Assembly: GCA_039198915.1 (NCBI GenBank)
Contig: JBCCTE010000001.1
Coordinates: forward strand, 1 to 26,143
Length of the DNA stretch: 26,143 nt
Source of the DNA: Cyanobacteria bacterium P01_D01_bin.73
Lineage (GTDB): Bacteria; Cyanobacteriota; Cyanobacteriia; CACIAM-69d
Direction of reading: 5' to 3'
In this document: in pieces, positions 17,516 through 26,011 of the stretch
Layout: every line of letters starts with the position of its first letter
How positions within the stretch are numbered: position 1 is the stretch's first letter
The notes under the pieces: generated by a model
Database searches by the model: none
What the model saw: only the letters and a program-made list of their open reading frames with translations
What the model was told of the DNA's origin: nothing
Translations under genes and position numbers: made by a program

Positions 17516-18441
17516 CCGAATTGAGGCCAATTTCTTGAAGAAAGTATTTCTATTCGTCTGACTTCTTTTACTTTGACATTACTTAATGGCTCTAGTCGCA
17601 TACTTCGAAGGTGAAATTTAAGAGCACAAAGTATAGTATAATTTTCGGCTTCAACTAAGTATTGAATCGGATCCAGCTCACTTTTAGATAGAGATTCCCT
17701 TATCCTGACAACATCAATCCTCTTCCATTTTGAAGGGGCTAGGATAAAAGCTATATCATTCGAGTCATCGAAATTGAATCCATTTACATTGTGCGTGTTG
17801 TGCCGAACTAGAAAGTTATTTAGAGATGCTCTTTTTATCTCATCGTTTTCTCCTGCATCAAATTCTCTCTCTCTGTAGTAAAGTCTACTGGCAAGAATAG
17901 TTGAATCTTTTGCTTTTCTCTCTAGTTCATTAGAAAATTTTCTAAACTCAATATTAGGAATTGAACCATAGCTAGATAACTTGGAAGTGGCAATATAAGC
18001 ATATCCATACCCTAAATCTTTTACGATTTCACTCATAAGTAGATATGCAGGAGTCAAGTTATCAATCTGCATAATTTGAGTTTCATCTGTGATGTGATTG
18101 ACAATTGCCATGGCACTGTCAGTTATATATTTATAGGTATAGTCTCCAAAAACTTTGCTGGTCGTTTGAAGATATTGAGGCTTTTTACTAACAGAGTGTC
18201 TATTTATTTTTGAGATTACATGCCCCATATCGTTGTCTATTTGCTTTTTCATGCTACTTACTTGCAAATCGACACGTGTAATCTTTATCCCAACACCTGA
18301 CAAGAATAATCCTGTTGAAATAGCTGATGCAACTTTTGAAGCCGAACTTTCTTTAATATACGGCTCTAGTACTGAAGTAATTACTGTAAGGGCAATCCCA
18401 CTAAATATTAAAAATGCATCTATCTTGTTTAGAAAATTCAT
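17467..18441 (-). CDS. Hypothetical protein with two N-terminal TM helices and a soluble C-terminal domain
   Basis: 324 aa; FLIFSGIALTVITSVL and AISTGLFLSGVGI. AT-rich, convergent with and overlapping the peptidase-like gene by 49 bp. Confidence 0.75.
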   Translation of the reverse strand: MNFLNKIDAFLIFSGIALTVITSVLEPYIKESSASKVASAISTGLFLSGVGIKITRVDLQVSSMKKQIDNDMGHVISKINRHSVSKKPQYLQTTSKVFGDYTYKYITDSAMAIVNHITDETQIMQIDNLTPAYLLMSEIVKDLGYGYAYIATSKLSSYGSIPNIEFRKFSNELERKAKDSTILASRLYYREREFDAGENDEIKRASLNNFLVRHNTHNVNGFNFDDSNDIAFILAPSKWKRIDVVRIRESLSKSELDPIQYLVEAENYTILCALKFHLRSMRLEPLSNVKVKEVRRIEILSSRNWPQFGQYKDEFSRNWRAAVS

Positions 18442-18657
18442 AAGCGTAGAAAACTTTTGACGATCAAAAAGTCTTGTTTTTGAGTAGATGAATGGAAATT
18501 AAACTTCAATTGAAATTGAATTAATCTCAAAATTTTTTAGAAAATAATTTTGAGGTAAAAACTTAACTGTTTTTTGTTCTCCAGTTATATCGACATGTTT
18601 TTTTGAGGCGAAATCTCATGAGAATCTCGCTAATTGGCCATGCTCTTGAATTCTGTT

Positions 18658-18891
18658 TCATAGACTAAAAGAGCATGAACTTTCTCTTGATTTCTGCTGA
18701 AAGAGAGCTTCATTAACAGCTTTACGCACAAACTCTTGCCGATCACTTCCCATTGCTCGCAGCGCCTCATCTGCTTCAACTGAGAACCTGACAGCGATGG
18801 GCTTCTTCGCTAATTCCAGCGTGTCGTGCTTAGGCTTCTTGAACTGATCCCACTCCGCTGGTTTTTTGGGGCTTGGATTGCCTTTAGCCAT
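18658..18891 (-). CDS. Small RHH-like DNA-binding protein
   Basis: MAKGNP...KPIAVRFSVEADEALRAMGSDRQEFVRKAVNEAL. Likely start at 18891. Confidence 0.65.
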   Translation of the reverse strand: MAKGNPSPKKPAEWDQFKKPKHDTLELAKKPIAVRFSVEADEALRAMGSDRQEFVRKAVNEALFQQKSRESSCSFSL

Positions 18892-18894
18892 TGT

Positions 18895-18980
18895 TTTTCC
18901 CGGTATACACTCTCTTGCCAGTATACCGGGAAAATCTACCTGTGCAGGCATTTGACATTATGCCGGTATACTGGCATAAT
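18895..18980 (+). promoter_or_regulatory. Sigma70-like promoter with palindromic operators
   Basis: TTGACA (18952-57), 17 bp, CATAAT (18975-80). A 24-bp near-perfect palindrome spans 18957-18980, and a 14-bp perfect inverted repeat lies at 18895-18908/18921-18934. All share a GTATAC core. Confidence 0.75.
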
Positions 18981-18996
18981 AGAATCAACGCAAACA

Positions 18997-19036
18997 ACAA
19001 CCCCTGCGATAGCCTAGGAACTCGCGCAGGGGTTGT
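18997..19036 (+). other. 5'-UTR hairpin
   Basis: acaacccctgcg / cgcaggggttgt, perfect 12-bp arms with a 16-nt loop, between the promoter and the ATG at 19063. Confidence 0.6.
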
Positions 19037-19062
19037 GTAAAACCTTCAATGAGGTCATCCCA

Positions 19063-19677
19063 ATGATCGCACACTTACCTCAACCCGCCACCCAAATCAC
19101 CAACATTGAGTCCCGTGGCAGCGCTGCCTATCCCCAGGTCACAAAGAAAGATTTCATGGCTGGCGTGGTGCTGTACACCGCCGGGCGGGCGTTCCCTTCC
19201 AAGTTCGTGGAGGGGCAGATGGACTCCAATATCGTCGTCACCACCGCCCACGGGGAAATTAAGGTCTGGGGCGAAATTAATCTGCTGAAGACCCTGCACA
19301 AAGGGCGTACCGTACTGTTGGAGAAAAGCCCCCGCGCTAAAAACTGGAAGCTGGCGGTGGATTCACAAACGGGACAGGTTATCGAAGGACACCAATCCCA
19401 GCAGTCCACCGCACCGGGGCAACAGGCTCAGGTGCCGGTAGCAGCTCAGTATCAGCGTCCCGCCACCAGTAACGCGATCGCCAGTGAAATCAGCGCGATG
19501 GCTGCCCTGTATACCGACTGCTATAAAGCTGCCCAGCGGAATTTGGGGGCGATCGCGCCGGCGGAAACTATCCAGGCAGCGGCGTCTTCGGTATTCATTC
19601 AGCTAAATAAAAATCACGACAGCGATACGTTGCTGGGTGCGGCGGCTGAAAGTGCTAAGGCGGATCTGGGATTCTAA
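19063..19677 (+). CDS. Hypothetical protein (beta-rich N-terminus, Q-rich linker, helical C-terminus; possibly ssDNA-binding)
   Basis: Good promoter and a strong ORF. The function guess rests only on domain layout. Confidence 0.7.
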   Translation: MIAHLPQPATQITNIESRGSAAYPQVTKKDFMAGVVLYTAGRAFPSKFVEGQMDSNIVVTTAHGEIKVWGEINLLKTLHKGRTVLLEKSPRAKNWKLAVDSQTGQVIEGHQSQQSTAPGQQAQVPVAAQYQRPATSNAIASEISAMAALYTDCYKAAQRNLGAIAPAETIQAAASSVFIQLNKNHDSDTLLGAAAESAKADLGF

Positions 19678-19802
19678 GAACATCGAAATGGGGCTCTATT
19701 TCGGAGCTCCGCTGCGCGTCAACATGTCGAAAACCCTGGTTTTTTGAGGTGAAAAAATCGATACCTGCAACCAAGCCAGGGAATATTCTGAGGGAGATAA
19801 AT

Positions 19803-20081
19803 ATGGCTTTAATTTCAAAAGAAACGGTGCTGGAGCACGCATCACCTGGCGCTATTGTAGAGGGGGCGATTGAGATTCCTGTTGATGGTGTTGTGTATTC
19901 CGTGTTCAGGCTTCGTTCTACGGGTGGTACAACGACGTGGCACGCATGGAAGGGTGAACAGAAGATTGATTGCTCTGGTTGTTTGAATGTGTTGGATGTG
20001 GCGTCCGTGCTGTTTCCTGATTTCAAAGATAGAGCGGCGCGGAACTTGATGTCCCTGGATTGGATGTCGCGGAATAATTAG
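19803..20081 (+). CDS. Hypothetical protein
   Basis: ORF from ATG 19803 (MALISKE), followed by a terminator. Confidence 0.55.
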   Translation: MALISKETVLEHASPGAIVEGAIEIPVDGVVYSVFRLRSTGGTTTWHAWKGEQKIDCSGCLNVLDVASVLFPDFKDRAARNLMSLDWMSRNN

Positions 20082-20110
20082 GGCGCAGCGATTAATTGAA
20101 TCATTTCGAC

Positions 20111-20138
20111 GGGGGCCTCTACTAGGTCCCCATTTTTA
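20111..20138 (+). terminator. Rho-independent terminator
   Basis: gggggcct-ctact-aggtcccc 8-bp stem followed by attttta. Confidence 0.6.
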
Positions 20139-20542
20139 TGCCTGGGCGATCGCTCCGGCGGAAACTATTCAGGCGGCTTCTTAAAAGTTGACGCTTGCAG
20201 TCTTGCTCCAAAATTTAGTGCTTGAGGTTAAGTTGCCAAGGGATGAACATTCATCAGGAAGATAAAGTTTACGAAAAGTTATTTAACCCGTTTCTGTTTG
20301 GATTGGAGATAACTGCTATTGGGATGGGCATGTCCATTGATGATTGCGTCCTGACCTTATAGCAAGTTTAGAAATTATTGAATGAGTTCGATAGTCTCTT
20401 ACATCTTGACGAAAGAGGCGATGAATATCTATTTTGGGGAAGCGGAAATCGTTAGCGGACGGGAAAGGGAATGATAAGCTTATGAATTTTCCCGATTTTC
20501 AGCATTTTCGCCTACAATTCAATTGACTTTGTACAAGCAAAA

Positions 20543-20646
20543 GCGGAGCTACCAACTGCAGCTTGACAATACAAAAAGCTCAGACCTAGTATTTTAGGGT
20601 CTGAGTTTTTTGTACGTTTAGGCATATTCGTAGTTGGTAGCTCCGC
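20543..20646. ncRNA. Nested long hairpin / bidirectional terminator upstream of a small hydrophobic ORF
   Basis: Outer 15-bp perfect arms 20543-57/20632-46. Inner 17-bp arms 20570-86/20598-614 (one G-U), flanked by A and T runs. Confidence 0.5.
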
Positions 20647-20702
20647 ATGGTCTTCTCTACACACAACTAAGACGCTTGTACAACTGAAATAGGGTTAGCC
20701 TT

Positions 20703-20783
20703 ATGGTCTTTGAAGAATTAATGGTGCTTGCTTTCACTTGCTCGATTTTGGCGAAAGCTATTGAGAAATTGTGGAAAGCGTGA
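20703..20783 (+). CDS. 26-aa hydrophobic peptide, candidate type I toxin
   Basis: My translation: MVFEELMVLAFTCSILAKAIEKLWKA*; hydrophobic core with a basic, Trp-containing tail. Confidence 0.45.
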   Translation: MVFEELMVLAFTCSILAKAIEKLWKA

Positions 20784-20884
20784 GTTAACTAGCTGCGCTA
20801 AAGCAGTTTAAATTTCATACAACTGAATAGCTTTTATACGAAAAATGGTTGTTTGACCTGCCGCCGAGAGTGGAAAAGGAGATA

Positions 20885-20917
20885 AGCCCTGGCAGATGCT
20901 AGGGCTCTGTCTTTTTT
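20885..20917 (+). terminator. Rho-independent terminator
   Basis: agccctggc-agat-gctagggct stem followed by ctgtctttttt. Confidence 0.55.
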
Positions 20918-21459
20918 ATGAATGTAGATGCGCACAAGAAAGGGGTAATTGAAAGGTGACTGCGTCGTCACGGTTTCTTAGTCCTGAGCATGCCCGATTG
21001 ATTATCGATTCCACTACCAGAGACAGGGACGAGCTAATGCTGTAATGCTGAGCTACGGGGGATGGGACGAGGGAACCTATGCCATGGGCGCTATCTCTTT
21101 CTTATGGCACTTCGTTGCAGCTACCCTTCAATTACCCCTATGAGGAACATTAAAATGACTCGCCCCGCTCAAAATCCCCGTGATGTGCCAATCCTGTTTG
21201 TTGTTCTCAAGAAAATGGCTTAGTTTTTTTGATTCCGGCAATTTTCACGTCAAAAACAGCCGAAACCTTTGGTAGGCAAAGGATCTGATTCCGGCAAAAT
21301 TCGTCGCCTCCTCCTAAAAGTCTGACAAGAACAGCCGTTACGGGGTAAGCATCCAGGGCGATTTCAGTCGAAAAAGTTTGCGAAAAGCGCCTGGCTTTTT
21401 CTTTCAATCGCGCTCCGACCAGAAGATTGCCATCTTGGCAACTCAACGAGGTTTTGAAA

Positions 21460-21723
21460 ATGGCTAGTAATCTTTTCGATCAGCTCTACGCCAATATTGA
21501 TTGTGAAAAGGGAATTTATTCTTGGACGGTGGCTGAAACGGCCATCGAACAGAATTGCCTCCCCTGGTATGATCCACGCTTCATCAAGGGCTACCACGAG
21601 CTACTATTTGTCTGCTTCATCAGTACTCATTCAACTCAACACTGGGGCGCTAGTCTTTTCTTGTGGCACTTCGCTGCAGCTACCCAGCAGGCGCAGCTGA
21701 TTGCAAGATCTAGATTCGATTAG
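21460..21723 (+). CDS. Hypothetical protein or gene remnant
   Basis: 87-aa ORF from ATG 21460. The upstream frame is interrupted by stops. Confidence 0.3.
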   Translation: MASNLFDQLYANIDCEKGIYSWTVAETAIEQNCLPWYDPRFIKGYHELLFVCFISTHSTQHWGASLFLWHFAAATQQAQLIARSRFD

Positions 21724-22225
21724 CAGATTGCTGAAATACTAATTGCCCATCTCGATAGGCCCACACTGACAAAATATTATTTTGGACAGTAGCTACATAT
21801 GTACTGCCGCTGTTAAACCATGAGAAGTAACGCTTCCCATTTTGATCAGATTCAGAAGCGCCAGTTAACTGAGTTGTACCTCGCCCATTAGTAGCTGTGT
21901 ACACGAGTTTTTGATCACGACCAAGACTCAGGTTGACTTGCCAATTGCCACGACGGTAAGTACCAACTACTGAACTTGCACTAGACTGCAAAGCTGGGCG
22001 AGAAGCAGGACGAGTGCGGGAACTACCTCCCGTTCCTGTGGAAGGAGTTCGGCGAAAAGATCCACCACTAGAAGACCCGCTGCCGCTGTTATGGCAGTGA
22101 TAATCCCCTGTGCGAGTGTTGTTGTGACAACCTGAAGCGTTGGTTCTGCCAGAGTGAGCATCTGCAACACTAGATAAAGCGCTCAATATCGCAATACTTA
22201 TCCCAATGTGCAAAACCCACTTCAT
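21710..22225 (-). CDS. Secreted YHYH-domain protein
   Basis: Signal peptide, AHSGRTNASGCHNNTRTGDYHCH, G/S-rich linker, beta-rich C-terminal domain. Confidence 0.85.
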   Translation of the reverse strand: MKWVLHIGISIAILSALSSVADAHSGRTNASGCHNNTRTGDYHCHNSGSGSSSGGSFRRTPSTGTGGSSRTRPASRPALQSSASSVVGTYRRGNWQVNLSLGRDQKLVYTATNGRGTTQLTGASESDQNGKRYFSWFNSGSTYVATVQNNILSVWAYRDGQLVFQQSANRI

Positions 22226-22429
22226 AGTTCATCTCCTAGATCTAGAAACCTATGTAAGCTCTCTTTTATCAAGGTATAGATCACAGTTGTGTATTCAATC
22301 TAGCTATGGAAGGAGAATTACAGCTCCTCGTAGTTTTTAGGTTGAAAGAGCATGCACACCTCAATTCTCCAATCTCTTGGCTCTTAACTGAATGCACGCA
22401 TCAGTATCTTCAGCCGTCTCAACCCTCCA

Positions 22430-22810
22430 CTACCGCCCCCCACTCCGCTCTGAGGCCGCTCTCCCTCCACAACGGCTTCCATCAGCAGCCCTGGAGCTTG
22501 CAGTAGGGCAATTACCACCACTACTAGAACCACCGCTGCTGGCTCCACTGCTTGAACTACCTGTAGACCGATTGGATCCAAAAGGGGTGGCAACGCGGTT
22601 CATGATCGCCCGTTGCCGTGTTCCGTCGCACATGGAGCGTAGGTCTAATCCCCGCCCGTCGGCAGTCTGCATAAAGCACCTGTACCGTTCCACGAGTTCT
22701 GGGGGACGCTCCGCTGGATACCCGTAAGGACGTGGGACCTGATTGGGTGGTACAGACTGAATAGGCAGAGCAATTACGCTAGCCAAAACAAAGGCGCTGG
22801 CAGTAGTCAT
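22430..22810 (-). CDS. Secreted Cys-pair protein of cyanobacterial type
   Basis: Signal-like N-terminus, CFMQTADGRGLDLRSMC, S/G linker, CPTASSRAADGSRCGGRAASERSGGR. Confidence 0.75.
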   Translation of the reverse strand: MTTASAFVLASVIALPIQSVPPNQVPRPYGYPAERPPELVERYRCFMQTADGRGLDLRSMCDGTRQRAIMNRVATPFGSNRSTGSSSSGASSGGSSSGGNCPTASSRAADGSRCGGRAASERSGGR

Positions 22811-22985
22811 GTTTCAGTCCTACCTGAGTAGGCGTTGTGGCATGAATAAGCGATCTAGAAATAAATACGACTTGGGTACCGCATAAAGACTTCGTGTCCA
22901 TTGGCTACCGTATTTTTCACTGGCATTTTACCGATCAACTTGCCAGTAGAGAAAGAGAAATTGATGCGTCCAGACGTTTAGATGC

Positions 22986-23258
22986 TTAAACATCTGAGCG
23001 TTTAGACTCAAGCCATTCTTCTACAAGGCTCTGTACGACCTCGCTTATCTCGCGCTCACCTTCCATCGCAGCAATTTTTAGCTGCCGGTGCAAAGTCTTT
23101 GGCAGGTAAATTGTAGTCCGCTGATATGCGGGGTCTTTTGACTTGGAAAGCTTGGATGTCTGAACATCCAAGCTTTCCAAAGTTTGAATGTCTGGATTTT
23201 TGGGTGTTGAACGAGCGGCAAATAACTTACCAAAATCACCCGCTTTTTGATCAGCCAT
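22986..23258 (-). CDS. ParG-like RHH partition adaptor
   Basis: QRTTIYLPKTLHRQLKIAAMEGEREISEVVQSLVEEWL; overlaps the parA stop. Confidence 0.82.
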   Translation of the reverse strand: MADQKAGDFGKLFAARSTPKNPDIQTLESLDVQTSKLSKSKDPAYQRTTIYLPKTLHRQLKIAAMEGEREISEVVQSLVEEWLESKRSDV

Positions 23259-23847
23259 TGACTATTTCCTTCCCTATCTCCTGGTAACAGCTCCACGCGA
23301 TCGCCGCCATACGATCACCCTTCACTTGATTTACAGGTACACCCTCAAGAGCCGCTTTTTGGAACGCAGACAAGCGACGGATAGCTCCTTTAAACACGGG
23401 TAAGCCAGCATCTTCAATTGCCTTTCTTGCTTTGTCTCCTACTGCTGATGGCTTGGGCGGAACTATGGTTAGCAGCACCTTGAACTTGGCATCTAATCCC
23501 TTTAGCACTTCCACCATTTGAATCATTGCCGACATAGCTAAGGCGTCTGGTGAAGTTGGGAGGATTAGCAAATCACACCCTTCAGCAACTGTCTTCAATT
23601 CGTCAGGATCGGGGCGTGCGGCTGTATCTATAACTATGTGCTCATATTGCCGAGCAAATTTAACCGCCTGCTTTTCATCACATACCTTACACGGCAGTGA
23701 ACCGCGATCAGACCACCCCAATGCAGACCGATTAAGGTCACCGTCTACGAGCAGTGTTGTAGCGCTTTCATTCAGGTATGCAGCCAGGTGCAGGGCAGTC
23801 GTTGACTTGCCCACACCCCCCTTAAAGCTAGCAATGGTTAGTATCAT
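23251..23847 (-). CDS. parA: Type Ib partition ATPase (short ParA/ParF-type)
   Basis: Deviant Walker A KGGVGKST, LVDGD, IVIDT; 198 aa with no N-terminal HTH. Confidence 0.95.
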   Translation of the reverse strand: MILTIASFKGGVGKSTTALHLAAYLNESATTLLVDGDLNRSALGWSDRGSLPCKVCDEKQAVKFARQYEHIVIDTAARPDPDELKTVAEGCDLLILPTSPDALAMSAMIQMVEVLKGLDAKFKVLLTIVPPKPSAVGDKARKAIEDAGLPVFKGAIRRLSAFQKAALEGVPVNQVKGDRMAAIAWSCYQEIGKEIVNG

Positions 23848-23934
23848 TTGAGTGTTTGGACATCTAGATGTTTGAACTTTCAGCTGTCCAGGCTTTTAGA
23901 TTCCTGTAGCTTACTCGCCTTTCCCCCTCTCTCC

Positions 23935-24297
23935 GTGACTTATTCATTTACGCTCACCGGCGCGATCACTCCCAAAGCCCGCCCCAGAGTTACCCGTAAC
24001 GGCACTTTTATGCCTCGGAAATATCGAGAATGGAAAACACAGGCGATCACTTCCTTGCAACTGCAATGGAGCAACGCACCACCAATATCGGAGCCCGTGG
24101 GAATCGAGATTCTGCTGACGGGCAAGCACCCGCGCCGGGGCGATAGCGACAATGTAGCGGGGGCAATCTTGGATGCTTTGCAGGATGCGGGGGTACTCAA
24201 AAACGACAATTTAAAGGCGGTTCCACGGCTTGCCATTCAGTTGAAGTGGGATAAAGACAGAGACCCGATAGCAACCGTAGCTTTGACAGCAATTTAA
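23935..24297 (+). CDS. rusA: RusA-family Holliday junction resolvase
   Basis: PKARPRVT, YREWK, GDSDNVAGAILDAL, LKNDN. Likely start GTG at 23935. Confidence 0.88.
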   Translation: MTYSFTLTGAITPKARPRVTRNGTFMPRKYREWKTQAITSLQLQWSNAPPISEPVGIEILLTGKHPRRGDSDNVAGAILDALQDAGVLKNDNLKAVPRLAIQLKWDKDRDPIATVALTAI

Positions 24298-24331
24298 AAT
24301 CCCGGTGGCGTAATCTTGCTACCGGGATTTT
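24296..24331. terminator. Bidirectional terminator between convergent rusA and ATPase genes
   Basis: aaaatcccggtggc-gtaatctt-gctaccgggatttt, 14-bp stem with one G-U. Confidence 0.75.
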
Positions 24332-24334
24332 TGG

Positions 24335-24446
24335 TGTTGACGGAGGATTGTTGGTTATGCCCCGTTGACGGTCTGTTGTCAGAGTTGTTGACACCCCGTT
24401 GACGCCCGTAATTACTAGCTGTTGACGCTGTTGTCGCCTGTTGACG
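24335..24446 (+). repeat. Cluster of eight co-oriented YGTTGWCR octamers
   Basis: GTTGAC at 24336, 24364, 24387, 24398, 24421, 24440 and GTTGTC at 24375, 24430. Confidence 0.8.
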
Positions 24447-25737
24447 GTGGGTACCATTTCAGCCCCGTTTCGCCGCCTTTGAGGCTGCCAACGCCTCGAC
24501 CTGCCAACTTTTCCAATAAGGCGTTAATCGCCTCGCTAGGCAGCTCTCTGAAAGCTCGTTTTCCTTGTTTCAGTGCCCGCGCTGTTACTTCTCTTTTATC
24601 GGACCCAAACTCCTGAATTCGGTTGAGCAGTTGTTCATCCTCATCCCGTCCAACGACGACCGGCTCGTCCAATTCAAATAATGAATTTAGGTTAGCTACA
24701 AAGGGATTCGATGATCGCTCTGGAGTGGCGATCACTGTTTCTGTAGGGCGCACTGGCGGCAACAGAAGTGGCGGGATCCATTGGTCGATTGCTACCGATT
24801 CCGCATCCTTCAGTTTTACCGCTGGGCGCTTCAGCTCACCCAAAAATGCAGGGCGCACGCCGTTGGGAGCGTTAGGGTCTGGGGTAGCCAGTAACTTTAG
24901 TTCCAGCAACGCATCATCGCGGGTTTGGGCCATTCCTTTCTTGCCACCGACGCAATCGAGCGATCGCCCATGGCTTACGAATATCACCGCCATCCCCACT
25001 TTGCGAATGTCGGATAGAGCCACGCCTAGGAAGACAGCGGCGGCTTTGCAACGACTAGCCCAGTGGGTAAATTCCTCGCAAACAATGGTGATGGGTGAAA
25101 AGCTTGTAACGCCCTGTGACCGGGCTTCATAGCGCTCTTTTACCGTCTGTGCGAATTCAGCGATCGCCCCATCTACAGCGGGATAATCCATGCCCGCACC
25201 AACGATGGCCACGCCAGGGTATTCCCAATCACCCTTAGACCAATGAGGATCGCAGACGATAACCTGATGCCCACCTTGCAAGCGCTCAATCACCAGGCGA
25301 TGCGCTTGGGTGGTTTTACCGCTTCCCTGTGGGCCCCAAATGAGGACTGACGGATAACTGCGGAATAGTGCCCACCACTGGGATTGTGGCGTGGGTCCAT
25401 CTTCCAAAAGCGGCTGCTCAGCTGGGGCTAATTGGGCTTGTACCGTAGTCCACATTCCAGATACGGCGGCTAAAGACATATCACTTTGGGTTTGGAGGAA
25501 TTGCCCAAAGGCTTGCAACTCATGTTGAGCGTAAACACCACCAAGGGGCGCATAACGCTTGTGCTGGCGGCGCTGAACCCACGCTGCACTTAGGCATAAT
25601 CCAGCCGCACCGGTGGTGATCGCCTTAGCCAATCTGCCCAGCTGCGGCGGGGTGCTCACCAAGAACAGCAACACCGACAATCCCAGTAGACACCGGCTCT
25701 GTAGCAGAAATCGGGCGCTAACCTCTCTGGGATTCAT
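24415..25737 (-). CDS. Membrane-anchored FtsK/HerA-like P-loop ATPase with probable C-terminal winged helix
   Basis: Two N-terminal hydrophobic segments, Walker A GPQGSGKT, VIVCDPH, Walker B-like IVCEEF, IRKVGMAVIFVSH. Likely start at 25737 (ATGA overlap). Confidence 0.8.
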   Translation of the reverse strand: MNPREVSARFLLQSRCLLGLSVLLFLVSTPPQLGRLAKAITTGAAGLCLSAAWVQRRQHKRYAPLGGVYAQHELQAFGQFLQTQSDMSLAAVSGMWTTVQAQLAPAEQPLLEDGPTPQSQWWALFRSYPSVLIWGPQGSGKTTQAHRLVIERLQGGHQVIVCDPHWSKGDWEYPGVAIVGAGMDYPAVDGAIAEFAQTVKERYEARSQGVTSFSPITIVCEEFTHWASRCKAAAVFLGVALSDIRKVGMAVIFVSHGRSLDCVGGKKGMAQTRDDALLELKLLATPDPNAPNGVRPAFLGELKRPAVKLKDAESVAIDQWIPPLLLPPVRPTETVIATPERSSNPFVANLNSLFELDEPVVVGRDEDEQLLNRIQEFGSDKREVTARALKQGKRAFRELPSEAINALLEKLAGRGVGSLKGGETGLKWYPPSTGDNSVNS

Positions 25738-25979
25738 AGCGTTATCCCCCCTGCAATTCCAAGGGCGATCGCCAACGCATCCAGCAGCCATTCCGATAGC
25801 CGAAACTTAAGCAGCATCGCCACACCAATGCCCACCAACAGCACCGCAAATACAGCACCGAACCACAGCCCTAAGTCGGAGTTGTGGTGTAGAAGAAAGC
25901 CGATTAGTTGGGTAATGATGCTGGTGCCTATGGCGATTGCACCGGCACGATAAAGGTGTAATTCCAAATTCATAGTCAA
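25734..25979 (-). CDS. Small multi-pass membrane protein
   Basis: 81 aa, mostly hydrophobic (2-3 TM), coupled to the ATPase gene. Confidence 0.75.
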   Translation of the reverse strand: MTMNLELHLYRAGAIAIGTSIITQLIGFLLHHNSDLGLWFGAVFAVLLVGIGVAMLLKFRLSEWLLDALAIALGIAGGITL

Positions 25980-26011
25980 AGCCCCGGCGGATGCCAGGGC
26001 GATAGATGGGC

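Larger units (their letters stand above)
22968..23901. repeat. Three clusters of phased 8-bp quasi-palindromic units (consensus about RTYYRRAY), candidate parS/operator
   Basis: 22968-23007 (5 units), 23142-23197 (7 units, including a perfect 17-bp inverted repeat), 23854-23901 (6 units). Confidence 0.7.
950..25780. repeat. HIP1 octamer (GCGATCGC) over-representation
   Basis: More than 30 copies by eye versus under one expected by chance. Absent from the AT-rich blocks (1-808, about 4000-5800, 16080-19400, 20160-23290). Confidence 0.9.

Noticed and set aside
20160-20520. Short open frames on both strands
   Set aside because: No consistent start or motif, so a pseudogene could not be supported.
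23848-23934. N-terminal extension of rusA
   Set aside because: It overlaps the parA promoter and the 8-bp repeat cluster; the GTG at 23935 fits the RusA fold start.
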